Source: Rhina ancylostomus
Lineage: Eukaryota
Length of the DNA stretch: 64,000 nucleotides
Reading direction: 5' to 3'
Assembly: GCA_030265395.1 (NCBI GenBank)
Contig: JARFYF010000012.1
Location: 29,752,394 to 29,816,393 of the forward strand
Made by a program: the position numbers and the translations under genes. Positions within the stretch are counted from its first letter, which is position 1. Every line of letters begins with the position of its first letter. Below, piece by piece: positions 52,901 through 64,000 of the stretch. The notes below the pieces were generated by a model. That model saw only the letters and a program-made list of their open reading frames with translations, was not told where the DNA came from and made no database searches.

Positions 52901-55900
52901 CAATAAAAGTACACAGGACACTAATTAATTAACAGCTGATTCCAAACTCAAAGTTGTAAATCCAGTTTTTAATAATTATTAGTCATGATTGGATAGAAGG
53001 TGCTGAGGGGGTGGAATAGGTAATAAAGTCTCAGTTCTGCTATTCTCCTTCCTCTCAATTCTGACTCCCACTTTGAATTCCAATCATCTTTGATTTACAA
53101 GGCATAACACTTGCATTCAGTAATGGGCCTCATCTCACAATGTATAGCAACCACTCTACACTTTTCTCAAATGTTGCCTCTTCCTCCATGGCAGTACCAT
53201 TCTCCCAGCATATACCAACCTGTGCATTGCTAATGCAACACTTTGTATTCGCAGACACATGCCCCTTCTCCAAAGCTGCCTCACTGCATTTGCTCTCACT
53301 CGTTGCTATAACCCATTTTGCCCTTCTGGTTTAATTCACACCTTCTCTGTACATAGAATCCTTCTCTATAGAATGGAATCATTATAGCACAGGAGGTGAC
53401 CATTCAGTCCATTAAGACTATATCAACTAGTCAGCCCCATTCTGCCATCATTTGTCCATGGCCTTGAAAATGATTCTCCTTCCTGTGCCATCCAATTCTT
53501 CTTTGATTACTTTGGCATTTTTTAAAAAGAATATTTAAAAACAGAAGGTGCCTTGATTGGTTAGCTTTCCCCATCTTCAGCTATTTTCTGTGCATTTTTG
53601 GATTAAAAACATTGCTTAGGTGCCAAAACATTCATATCACCCAATCTGAACAATGAATGGGCATTCTAAAAATCTCACTTAACACATTCATACCATGTTT
53701 CTTTCTTATTACACTGCAAGATCATGGTTTTAAAAATAACTATGAATAAACTTCACTCTCTCTAATATCAAATGCTGGAGCCAGGACGTCTTCAGCCTCT
53801 GAATTGACGTACTTAGGCACTCACCCAGTGTTAATTGTAGCAACCCCTTAATTGACATATGATCCCAGTGATTATTTAATAGCCTTAAATGGAACACAGA
53901 GCTACATGTTACATGCTATAAATGTTCTTGCCCTTATTAAACCGCACATCATCTTATTTACTGTGATCAGTGTTACAGATTTCATTACTTTCTTTTAAAA
54001 AAGGAAATACTTTCTCTAAGTCTGCTATTTTGCAATTTAGTTTACAGCATCTTAAAAATAACCTTGGCTTTTCAGCTTTCTGGAAGGGTCAAGGTTGGCA
54101 GAACCAAACCTTTCTGAAACACATGGACACTATAACTAACACTATCTGAACATTCATGCAAAAATATTATAGTGGATTAGAGGTTACTTGCTGGTCATGT
54201 CTGTGGCAGCTCTTTAACAGAAAATCCACGATTACTAGGGCTTTGCTCTCCCAAAGTCTATACAAGGATTTAATCCCCTTTATAAAGTTGGTTGGGTTCC
54301 ATTCTAAAATGAGATGACAAAGCAGCAAATAATTATATGTGGTAACATCAGAAGTGACAATCAAATTTGGGGAACTAATTAAGAATCATTTGGTTTTCTT
54401 GCATTCATAAAACAGTCATAAAAAAACTTAAATAATCTGGTGCATGACACTTCGTAAATGATCCATTTCTATTGAAAAATTTCTACTGTTTTAAAAAAGA
54501 GTTTGTTCTTCGGCTGGTAACTTGGGGGCCGATATTGCAAATTATAGGCATGTGACTTGACAGAAGCTTCAAAGCTCAAGTCCTTTCGACATGATGTATC
54601 AAATATGGTTTTAAGCACGTAAGCAATTCTGCTCTCTCCAGCCATATTGAAATCCTATGAATAGTTTGTACTCCACCACAAATAACCTAAGGCAGTGACA
54701 TAACTTGACTACAGTGCTGATGTGGTGTTAACATAAAATTATCAAAATAAATTTTGTGCATATTTAACACAAATTTCAATAATAGATCCAAGAGCCATTC
54801 CTTAAATTTGTTACCCATGGTAGATGATAGATTACTTGTCCATGAGATTCTTACTTAAAGACACCCGCTGTGTACAGAATACACATTTATTAATTTTAAA
54901 GCCAGATTTGGGGGAGGGAAGAGCATTTAAACTACTGCTGCCACTTTGCTTATAAAAAGCATCACTGTCAATAACGTTTAAAATCTCCAGCACCAGTATT
55001 CACCGAGCAGAATTGCTGAAGTCTGTAATAATGTATTCCCTATACTGGTCATCATTTTTTTAAAATATTACTCTTGATCAGTGAGCTTTCTGAATGGCTG
55101 CATGTAACTGTGCTAATAAAACACTGGGAGCAAACCACTGAATCTTTTAATGGACTCCAACAGCAACTGAACGTGGTTATAAATAATCCAGATCATTTAT
55201 GACCGTCTATTCATACATTCTATTTTAAATTAGTAGCACTAGCAACTGGTAACTGTGGTGGAAATTGCTTTCCACATCACATTCATCACCAGAATAACAT
55301 ACCACAATGTAATTCAATCTCAGATTGCTAAATGTAAATGCTCATCCAAAGCTTTCCATGTCTAAGAATATTTTGCAATGAGTTCAAATCATCTACTGGA
55401 AATGCTCACCAGCAAATAATTACTCTGCTCTATTACAAATGATTTACATCCAATTCCCCATCATATATCAAGACCTGAACACATGATAAAGGCCAAATTG
55501 CAGTGGTCAACAGATAAATCTTATTTAGAAGTGGTTCCCAAGCAACTGTCACCATTTTCGAATTCAGAACATTGTGAAAAAAAGAATAAACATCATTAAA
55601 ACTGTCAACTACATCTTACATTTGTACTTTCTGCCACCTTTCCTCCTCCACCAGGCTAATGTTGATAAATGTAGAAAAGAATGTGACCTGCACAACTGCC
55701 ATCTTTCATGAATAAACAATGGTTCTCATCAGGCTACTTGACAAATGGAGGAAACAAAAATAGAATGTGAGAGCGAGAGAGAGAAATATAATGAGAGAGC
55801 CTAAAAGACACAGAAAAGAGTAAAATAAAAAGCAGAAGAAAAATAGAAAAAGCAAGGAGGGGATAGTGTGCACGCATTGAAGAGAATATGAGAAGCACAG

Positions 55901-56226
55901 ATCGACACACAAAAACACACATCTAAAACACTGTACACAAATTTACATCTGGAAACACCTGCCAATGGCTTTAACTCTCAACACAAAGGGTGACATATGG
56001 TACCTTTGCAGACACAAAGCACAGAGCAAAATTCATTTCCCCAATAAAACACCAGACATATATCTTTCTTTCCATAAATATTGTAATAGACTATAATTTA
56101 CAGTATTTTATAAGTTTCAAGTAGATATTTGACTGGTTATGTATCTATTCCAATATGCAAATGTAACAAATTCCAACATACGAGTCTCAAATCCAAATCT
56201 CGTCAAGAGTTCAATTAGTTCATTAC

Positions 56227-56316
56227 CTTTGGGTGGGAAATATGATTTGCTTTCAGCTTTATGAGGCCAATCCACCACCAGAGGTCCAAATCGACGAAAA
56301 CTAGCTGTGATTTCAT
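56227..56316 (-). CDS. CPEB3: CPEB3 coding exon (RRM1)
   Basis: tcttgtag|AT GAA...AAA G|gtaatg, 90 nt, phase 1-1. Encodes (D)EITASFRRFGPLVVDWPHKAESKSYFPPK. Confidence 0.97.
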
Positions 56317-56432
56317 CTACAAGACACATCATGAACAGGGCTTTATTAAAAATTAAAGCTACCAAAATTAGTTCCACACAATAACACTGAGTGTTAAAAG
56401 GAATTCAGAAGATTTTGATTTACAAGATGTAC

Positions 56433-56600
56433 CTTCATCGATGTCCGGAGGCAGACCTCCCACAAAGACTTTTCGTGAATAACGTTCCACCCTTTCACCA
56501 TTCTGACAGCGGGTTGGAGAGTTTAAACCTGATGTCAGAGACTGATCACCATGACCATCATCAAGAAAACCATCTTCAATAGGAAAAAGCGAAGAACGAC
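56433..56600 (-). CDS. CPEB3: CPEB3 coding exon (pre-RRM region and RRM1 start)
   Basis: tgttttacag|GT CGT...GAA G|gtacat, 168 nt. Encodes (G)RSSLFPIEDGFLDDGHGDQSLTSGLNSPTRCQNGERVERYSRKVFVGGLPPDIDE. Confidence 0.97.
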
Positions 56601-57344
56601 CTGTAAAACAGTTTACACTTTGATCTAGTGAAAACAAACCTGAAAATTATTCTGGAACTTCAATTGATGTTTCCTATTTCTCCCACAGGCCTGAACTTCG
56701 CATTGTCACCAATTTGTTAATGCTCAGCATGAAGATGTAACTGTAGAAGAATACATTTACTTTTAATTACAGGCCATATTAATACACTGTTTTGTTTAAA
56801 AAAAGGTGATGTTGGTAAAGTTTAAAAGTTTATCATTTCCATCAAAATGTTTCTTTCAAAAATATCACAGCTGTTTGTCACACACAAAAGAGGAAGCAAA
56901 CAAAACCTATGATGAACCTAAACTTTTAGCTGAATAATGCTAGAAACTATATGTCAACTTTGGTGCTGTATGAAAGGTTAATTGGATATTTCTGGATTCA
57001 GCAGTCTGGTTAAAGTCCAACGTCAATTCAAGTAGGTGTTCTTTGTAACAAACTCTTTGGAAGGAAAAAGGGAGAAGACAAGTACTTTTCCTTGTAACAA
57101 TACATATTTAAGAATTTCTCAATTGCAACTCACTGTTGGATAAATACTGAAAGAATATTAAGATATAAATACATTAAAATGGCCATTAGAAGCTTATTGG
57201 CACAATGTTCACACAAAAATAATAAAGAACTGCTAACAAAGATGTTCTCCAGGTATTCTGTTCTAAAGTTATGAAATAAAAGGTCCACTTGCCAATATCA
57301 AGTAAACTGCTTCAGCATTCATGTAACTGAATGGAGATACAGCA

Positions 57345-57715
57345 ATAAACTTCAGACTTCAGCCAGCTCCAACACGGGCACAACTCTCCCCGCCATCAAG
57401 GGCATCTTCAAGAGGCGGTGCCTCAAGAAGGCAGCACCCATCATTAAGGGCCCTCACTATATGCAACACGCCCTCTTCACGTTACTACCATCGAGGTGGT
57501 GGTACAGGAGCCTGAAGACCCACATTCACCATTTNNNNNNNNNNNNNNNCCCTCCTCCATCACATTTCTAAATGGTCTATGAACACTACCTCGTTATTCC
57601 TCTTTTGCACTATTTCTTATAGAAACTTACAGTAACTTTGTCTTGCACTGTACTGCTGCCACAAAGCAACAAATTTCATGACATATGTCAGTGATAATAA
57701 ACCTGATTCTGATAC
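57345..57715 (+). mobile_element. LINE 3' fragment (Rex1/Babar-like)
   Basis: GC-rich coding-like block (LPAIKGIFKRRCLKKAAPIIKGPH...LFTLLPSRWWYRSLK) followed by the tail gtgataataaacctgattctgat. Confidence 0.6.
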
Positions 57716-58639
57716 AACAGTTTATCCCCTTTTAATTCCAACCACCCATGGAATTTTAAAAGCTATATTCAAAAACTTTCTCCTAAATTCACTGCAGGAA
57801 TTTGGGAAAAATTAATAAGAAGAATTAACAATTAATAGAGGGAGGGAAGAAATATTCCTCCAATTACTTCCCTTTGCACCAGTTTTGATGGTCACAAATC
57901 ACTGCAGTGTAAGGTACCACAAGCAGCAGTTGTTGCACGTCCAGCATCTCATTCAAGTTACCATAGGCAAATTGTGTTAACAAGCACTTGGTAACTACAG
58001 AGATTTAGCAGGCCTTCACAGCCACTCCCAACTTTGTTCTAATTTCCAAAACTTAAAGTATTAACCCCCAGGAGCCACACCAGGCCAGAAACCAGACAGC
58101 TGTGAATATTCTGTGGACAGTTCTTTCACAAATAATTTTTGAAATTAATCCATTCAAAATTGATATTTTATCCATAGGATATACAGGTTATCCAAGCAAA
58201 AGATTAACTATTTTAGAACAGCCAAGGAGCTTAAAAATTAGATAAATATCCTCTCTAGAGTGTCTCAGCCTCAAATCTCATCAACATTTACTCGGTTACT
58301 TAGAGAGATCTTAGCTAGGCTTCCATTTAGAGTTTTGTTCAGCAATGTAGTATCCCCCTTGTTCCAGGTAGAACAAACTCCCGCAAGGAGATTCAATGTG
58401 GCACTGACACCCTATAAATTTACTGTTAATCGATGCCAATGATGCAGTTTGAAAATCTTGTTATGATAAATCAAGTGGACACTGCTAACATGATATAAGC
58501 ATTAGAGATCCATAAGTTCCAATGGGGGCTTTTAGGAACCTTCCCTAAGCAAAAACTTGTTCTACATGAATTCTTTATGGAAATTGCTAGAAGATGCAGA
58601 AGATTTTTTAAAAAAACAATAGAATAAAACTCACCAAAT

Positions 58640-58922
58640 ACATAGAACCATAGAACAATACAGCACAATACAGGCCCTTCGGCCCACCATGTTGTGCCGC
58701 CCATCAAACCACACCTCNNNNNNNNNNNNNNNNNNNNNNNNNNNNNNNNNNNNNNNNNNNNNNNNNNNNNNNNNNNNNNNNNNNNNNNNNNNNNNNNNNN
58801 NNNNNNNNNNNNNNNNNCACTGGTGCCCTGGGAAAGAGGCGCTGGCTGTCTACTCTATCTATCCCTCTCAACATTTTATACACCTCTATCATGTTTCCCC
58901 TCATCCTCCTCCTCTCTAGTGA
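58640..58922 (-). mobile_element. Young CR1-type LINE 3' end (contains a gap)
   Basis: catagaaccatagaacaatacagcacaatacaggcccttcggcccac tail. ORF 58704 encodes FSLERRRMRGNMIEVYKMLRGIDRVDSQRLFP. Confidence 0.9.
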
Positions 58923-60364
58923 GAAAAAGTCAAAAATGCAGAACATCTATTGATCACCAACAGAGGAACATAGGGAACAGGTATTGTTTGTTCAGCCCTT
59001 CAAGTCTGCTCCCCATTCATTAAGATCTTAGCTGTTCTATGACCTAATACCATATCCCAATGACTTTGGTTAACAAAAATTTCTTTCAGATTTAAATTTA
59101 ACAATTGACCCAGAATCAGTTATTGCTTGTGGTAGTTTCCCAAACTTCTATGACCCTGTGCATTTGGAAGTGTTTCCTAACTTTGCTTCTGAAAGTTCTG
59201 CCTCTAATGTTTATGCCCTATAGTCCCAAAGCCAAACCAGAAGAAATGATTAACACAAACCTTTATTTCTGACACAACAACTGAGCAAAAAGACCCAAAT
59301 TAAATCATTAACTTACCATGATCATTGGCCAAGATATGTTTATCCTTTTATAAATAGAGCATCAAGCACAGGTTCTTGACCCAAGTTACATGCCTTAATG
59401 CATTCTACAGCTTAAGTATGACTTTAAAAATTATATTAGTATATATTTTAATGTATAGCTTACATACAACAATTAAGATGAACATAGTGAAGAGACAGCA
59501 GAATTAAGTAACTCAATTAAATCACTTGGGGAAGTGTATTAAAGCAGTAGCACATAAAGGTAGTCAATTAGGTGATTTGTCCTGAATAACCTACACTGGA
59601 GTATGTGTAGCCTTATGGATTACTGACGCAAAGAAGGAATGTGTTCCTGAATGGTTATAGGTACTTAAGTGCATCTTGCAAACCATCAAGCCACCCGACT
59701 GAATGGAAATCAAGGGGAATTCATGAGGAAATACTGAGAACATTTATATTGGTTCCTCCCCAGGTTTAAAAATGTCCTTTTTCTGGTTTCCTTCTGCCAC
59801 CCACGCTGTCCAGATGGAGGTGGTGAGCAGGCATTAAAGCCTCTAGCAAATACACCGGAGACATGGGATATTCTATAATAGATCTGGTCTCTCTCCTACA
59901 GGGAAGCACTTGATTTGCACTCAAACACTCCCTCTGGACATCATGACTGGAATCTTTTAAAAAAACACTTAAACAACAAAATGAAGTACATTTATGTCAA
60001 ACAAAATACTAGACTCAAAGGAGATCTCATAATTGTTTTCAAACTAACTGCTGATGAATAATATTTCTTGAGCTACATTTAAAAACCCATTAGATTCTAC
60101 AATTTTAGAAAGAAACACAAATTAATTTTATCTAAACTTATGAAAGAATTTTCAGAGCAACAAACTGGAACCAACCAATTTCAGACCATTTGATGTTCAC
60201 TTTAGCATTTAGGGTAATTCCAAAAGGACGAGAAAGTAAATTAAAATTGTGGTAATTAACCGGAAGTTAATAATAGCAACTGGAAAATGTTAATCACTCC
60301 AGTATAGCATTGAAATGTTATTTGATTGGAAAAGCAAACACTTGAATATTAAAAGTTACTTTAC

Positions 60365-60388
60365 CTCTTCGCCGCCCAAATGTCCTTG
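60365..60388 (-). CDS. CPEB3: CPEB3 24-nt microexon (B region)
   Basis: atttttctttgtttacatgcag|CAAGGACATTTGGGCGGCGAAGAG|gtaaagt, phase 1-1. Encodes xRTFGRRR(G), matching the R[ST]YGRRRG microexon of CPEB2-4, and joins in frame to GRSSLF. Confidence 0.92.
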
Positions 60389-62494
60389 CTGCATGTAAAC
60401 AAAGAAAAATTGGGTAGTCCTGTCACCTATTAAACATTTAATCTTTTCATGAAATGCGCACAAAATTCACATGATATGAAGCAATTCATCGTCAAATCTA
60501 CCTGTGGAGGTGTTTCAGAGATACATAAAAATATAATTTTACCTTTTTTTTAAAAAAACTATTCTCGCCAAACTAGTTTTGAAACTTTTCACTACTATCC
60601 CCCTTGCTTTGTCAAATGCAACAAATAAACTGGGTTGGAAGAGGCTGCAAACAGGTTCCCATTTAAAAAAAATCACTCATGCTTCCTCCAGATAGACTAA
60701 AGTTGATCTAGTACGTAACTAAACAGAGAAACTGTATTATATTTGTGCAATCAGTATTTCTGACTGAGGAACTAACTTCTAACCCTACAACAGAATTAAA
60801 CCAGCTTGATTTACCTGGGGGGGGGGGGGGGNNNNNNNNNNCCCCCCCCCCAGAAAATAAATGAGCATGAACTTTGATTAATCTGTTTTGTAACCATTCA
60901 TTACCATTCATAACCACACTATGTTAAAAATTGGGGAAAAGCACATTTAAAAAAAAGTTTAAATGCTCCCCAACATCACTAGTATCTTCCTGTGACGATA
61001 TCAATCCCAGTTGCTTGTGCATACTTGTACAGGTCCTACATCCTCAACAATCAAAAGTGATGGTTCCTGCACCATCATTTAAAATACATCTTCATCTGCT
61101 CATCCTCCTCTTTGTACATCCGTGTAAAGAGGAATCTGGACGTTACTATCTTTAAGGTCCTGAGAGTGCATTTGTCCCTTAAATTAAAATTTGTTTACAA
61201 GTCAAAGTTGTTGGTACCTATATGAACCACAAACCTTGCTGTTCACCTTTCCATCTCTGAATGTTTAAAGTACACTTATTTAAATGGAAAATTTTCATTT
61301 TGTGAACAACGTTGTCAAATCTTTAAAGGTAATCCAGAAAGGGTTTCAGCGATGTGAAAAATACATTTTTTTTATAGAAAGGAATTATAATCTTATAATT
61401 CATCACGGAAACACATGAACAGTTTAGTAAATGAGAACCTGCAACACTTGAGTTCACACATTTAAATGTGATCCATCACAATAATCCAAGTTAGCTCAAA
61501 TCAAACAAATCCTTATTGATAAAAAAAAATGTGCTTTGGATTATTCTTGATTACAAAATACATTCAAAGATAAACTTATAATATTATTAAATATTTAAAA
61601 TGCAATTAGCAGTGATCTGTGGAAAAGGTTAATGTGCAGTGCCTAAACCAGATTCTTCCCTGCAGGTTTCTGTTTTGCAGAAAATAGAACTTAATTCAAT
61701 CTCATGCTTATTATATAGGACTTCCTTGGGCTATAAACTTTGTGCTGACTTACCTCTGTACTCAACATAGAAGCAGAATTGTGGCTCACCTATAAATTGA
61801 TTTATCAGCCTTCATCACCTGGCTGCTAAAGGAGGCAACACTAATGAATGCAGGAACATCAGAGACCAATTTTGGTAGTTCACAAACAAAAAAAAAGGAA
61901 TTCAGTGCCTAAAATAAAACAGTTAATTTACATAATTTAAATTTCACTGACATCTAAATAGGGGTAATGGAATTATCAAGTTGTTAAATAGAAACTGGTA
62001 TGATTCTGCTATCTCCATTAACCCTACATCTGGATCTCCCCATTTTCTCTTTACTTGCCTCATTATTAACCCAATTTACCTTGCATAAATATCCCTTTTG
62101 TCACACAATCCCAAGTTCTAACTATCACAGACACCTGAAAGTAGAAATTGCTTCCGTGGATTTGGCTGCATGAATTATGTACTAACCTCCGTTCACCATG
62201 CCATTGCATATGAATATTGCCAAAACAACTTTTATTTGGATTAATAACATTCAAAACAAACCTCACCTCCCTTCATATTCAAATTTTCTACCTGAGCAAA
62301 CCTGACTGTGATGAAATGCTGCCTCCAGTGGGGTCATCCACAGGGAGCAGACAAGAACAAGTTGAGTCAACAAAGCAACATTAATTTAGTAAAGTGTCCC
62401 AAATACTTCAACAACGAAAAAGAACGTGTGCCTGATATTTCATGGGTAGATTTGCAAAGGCATTGAAAGCATGACTGCAGAAGATGGTTTTTAA

Positions 62495-63012
62495 AGAACA
62501 ATAAACAATACCTCATCTTCCACCTTGGGGGTCTCCAACATTGATGTGGCCTCAAAGATCAATTTCTCCAACCGGTTAACCCCACCCTTTCTTCTCCTTC
62601 CCTCCCCTCCCCCCGACTTCCCTTATTCCTGTGGTTCCCTTCCCCCACCTTGATAACCAGTCCATCTCCTCTCCATCCTTTATTCCATGGCCCACTGCCC
62701 TCTCCAACCAGATTCCTCCTTCTTCAGCCCTTTGCCTCTTCTACCTATCAGCTTATCACATCTTATCCCCCTCCCCCACCCACCTACCTTCCCCGTTCTN
62801 NNNNNNNNNNNNNNNNNNNNNNNNNNNNNNNNNNTCACTTGGACTCACTTATCACCTGTCTCCGTGTGCTCCTCCCCCACCTTCTTATTCTGGCTTCTGC
62901 CCTCATTCTTTCCAGTCCTGATGAAGGGTCTTGACCCAAAATGTCAACTGTTTATTTCCCTCCATGGATGCTGCCTGACCTGCCGAGTTCCTCCTGCAAT
63001 TTTTGTGTATTG
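62495..63012 (+). mobile_element. Penelope-like retroelement 3' end with hammerhead motif
   Basis: 62503-62538 encodes KQYLIFHLGGLQ, resembling the end of a PLE GIY-YIG endonuclease. Then a pyrimidine-rich UTR, the hammerhead motif at 62913-62950 and the tail gatgctgcctgacctgccgagttcctcc. Confidence 0.75.
62913..62950 (+). ncRNA. Minimal type I hammerhead ribozyme motif (CpG-decayed, probably inactive)
   Basis: CAGTC-CTGATGA-A-GGGT-CTTG-ACCC-AAAA-TGTC-AACTG: stem I, intact CUGAUGA, stem II, GAAA mutated to AAAA, GUC cleavage triplet. Confidence 0.65.
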
Positions 63013-64000
63013 CAATAAGTTATGCAAATGGAATTCAGAAGAGATTGAAAAGAATAGAGCTGAAGCCCTTGCCACCGAAGATAGAACTGAAGGTGGCAAG
63101 ATACATAACAATTCGGGCCCAATGACTGCAAATATTGGAAGGGTATAAGGATATTGATGGTCATCAAGGAGAATGCAAAGAAATTTGTATTCTAAGATTT
63201 TAAAAAATTATATCCATTGGGAAGTGTGAAACCAAGATGTACAACCCAGGTGGGACTATCAACAAACAGGGATTAGAGCGTAAAAGGTATATTAATGATT
63301 TTTGCAGGTTGGGAGGACTTGGAAGCTACATCTGGATACAAAGGAAGTGAATAAGGATTTCAGCAGCAATAGGGCAGGGCTAAGATAGGAGTGAAAAAAA
63401 AAAATCATTGAAATTAATTTTATTTATTTGATGTTTTAAATTGAGCACAGAATGCCAAGTTTTCATGCCAATTGGTACAGCTTGATTGAGCAACCAAAGA
63501 TAAATTATATGGTACTGATGCAATGGCACAAATTTTGCAAAGGAACATCAGCACTTACCACTGCAATTGCCTCATTTTAGAGTCAGTCATACAATGCAGT
63601 GGAAAGGTCCTCTGACTCACCATGTCTATACCAACTATTAAGTACCCATTTACCTACCCTTATTCCATAGCTTTCTATGCCTTGCTGTTCTAAGTGCTCA
63701 CTTAGCTATCAGTTATAAGAGTACCTACTTTACTCTCTGCATAACTACAACTTTGGTATTTTAAACACAAATACTGCTCTCAAAGTTGGATTCAGCAGTT
63801 CATTAGTTTTTCTGAATGTACTCTTCTGCTGGAGTTCAGTGCAAGAGAGTGAAGCTGCAGTAATCCCCATGAGTTAAGGCTGGGAATCCATGCAAACATT
63901 CTGCACTGATTTGGACCCAATGAAAAATGTGCTTCACCATTCATTTTAAATGGAGAGCAACAGTTACAAAGGACTAAGATTAAATTAACTTCAATTCAAT

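Noticed and set aside
55700-55735. CTGATGA...GAAA on the minus strand resembling a hammerhead
   Set aside because: Stem II does not close next to GAAA, and no stem I/III or UH site can be formed.
59317-59344. 28-nt mini-exon (aaaag|GATAAAC...CATG|gtaagt)
   Set aside because: Weak acceptor, not a multiple of 3 and an immediate stop. The donor is better explained as the end of the larger candidate exon, or as chance.

Overview
Eukaryotic (vertebrate) genomic DNA, AT-rich, with several assembly gaps. The repeat content (CR1-type LINEs, HE1/V-SINE-like and Deu-domain SINEs) suggests a cartilaginous fish (inference). Two convergent genes are present, in the same tail-to-tail order as human BTAF1-CPEB3. 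BTAF1 (+): last 7 coding exons (SNF2 helicase C-terminal half), stop at 13349-13351. CPEB3 (-): last 7 coding exons (24-nt microexon, RRM1, RRM2, ZZ zinc finger), stop at 22649-22651, then a roughly 3-4.3 kb 3'UTR rich in miRNA seed matches and CPEs. All called exons have GT-AG boundaries and consistent phases. Most interesting signals: (1) a dispersed family of Penelope-like element ends carrying minimal hammerhead ribozyme motifs, whose four copies reconstruct an intact consensus; (2) the CPEB3 Arg-rich microexon; (3) candidate extra CPEB3 exons, including one that would yield an isoform lacking the RRMs and a possible NMD poison exon. Most ORFs in the supplied track are spurious. Repeat boundaries are approximate and family names come from recognition, not a database search.
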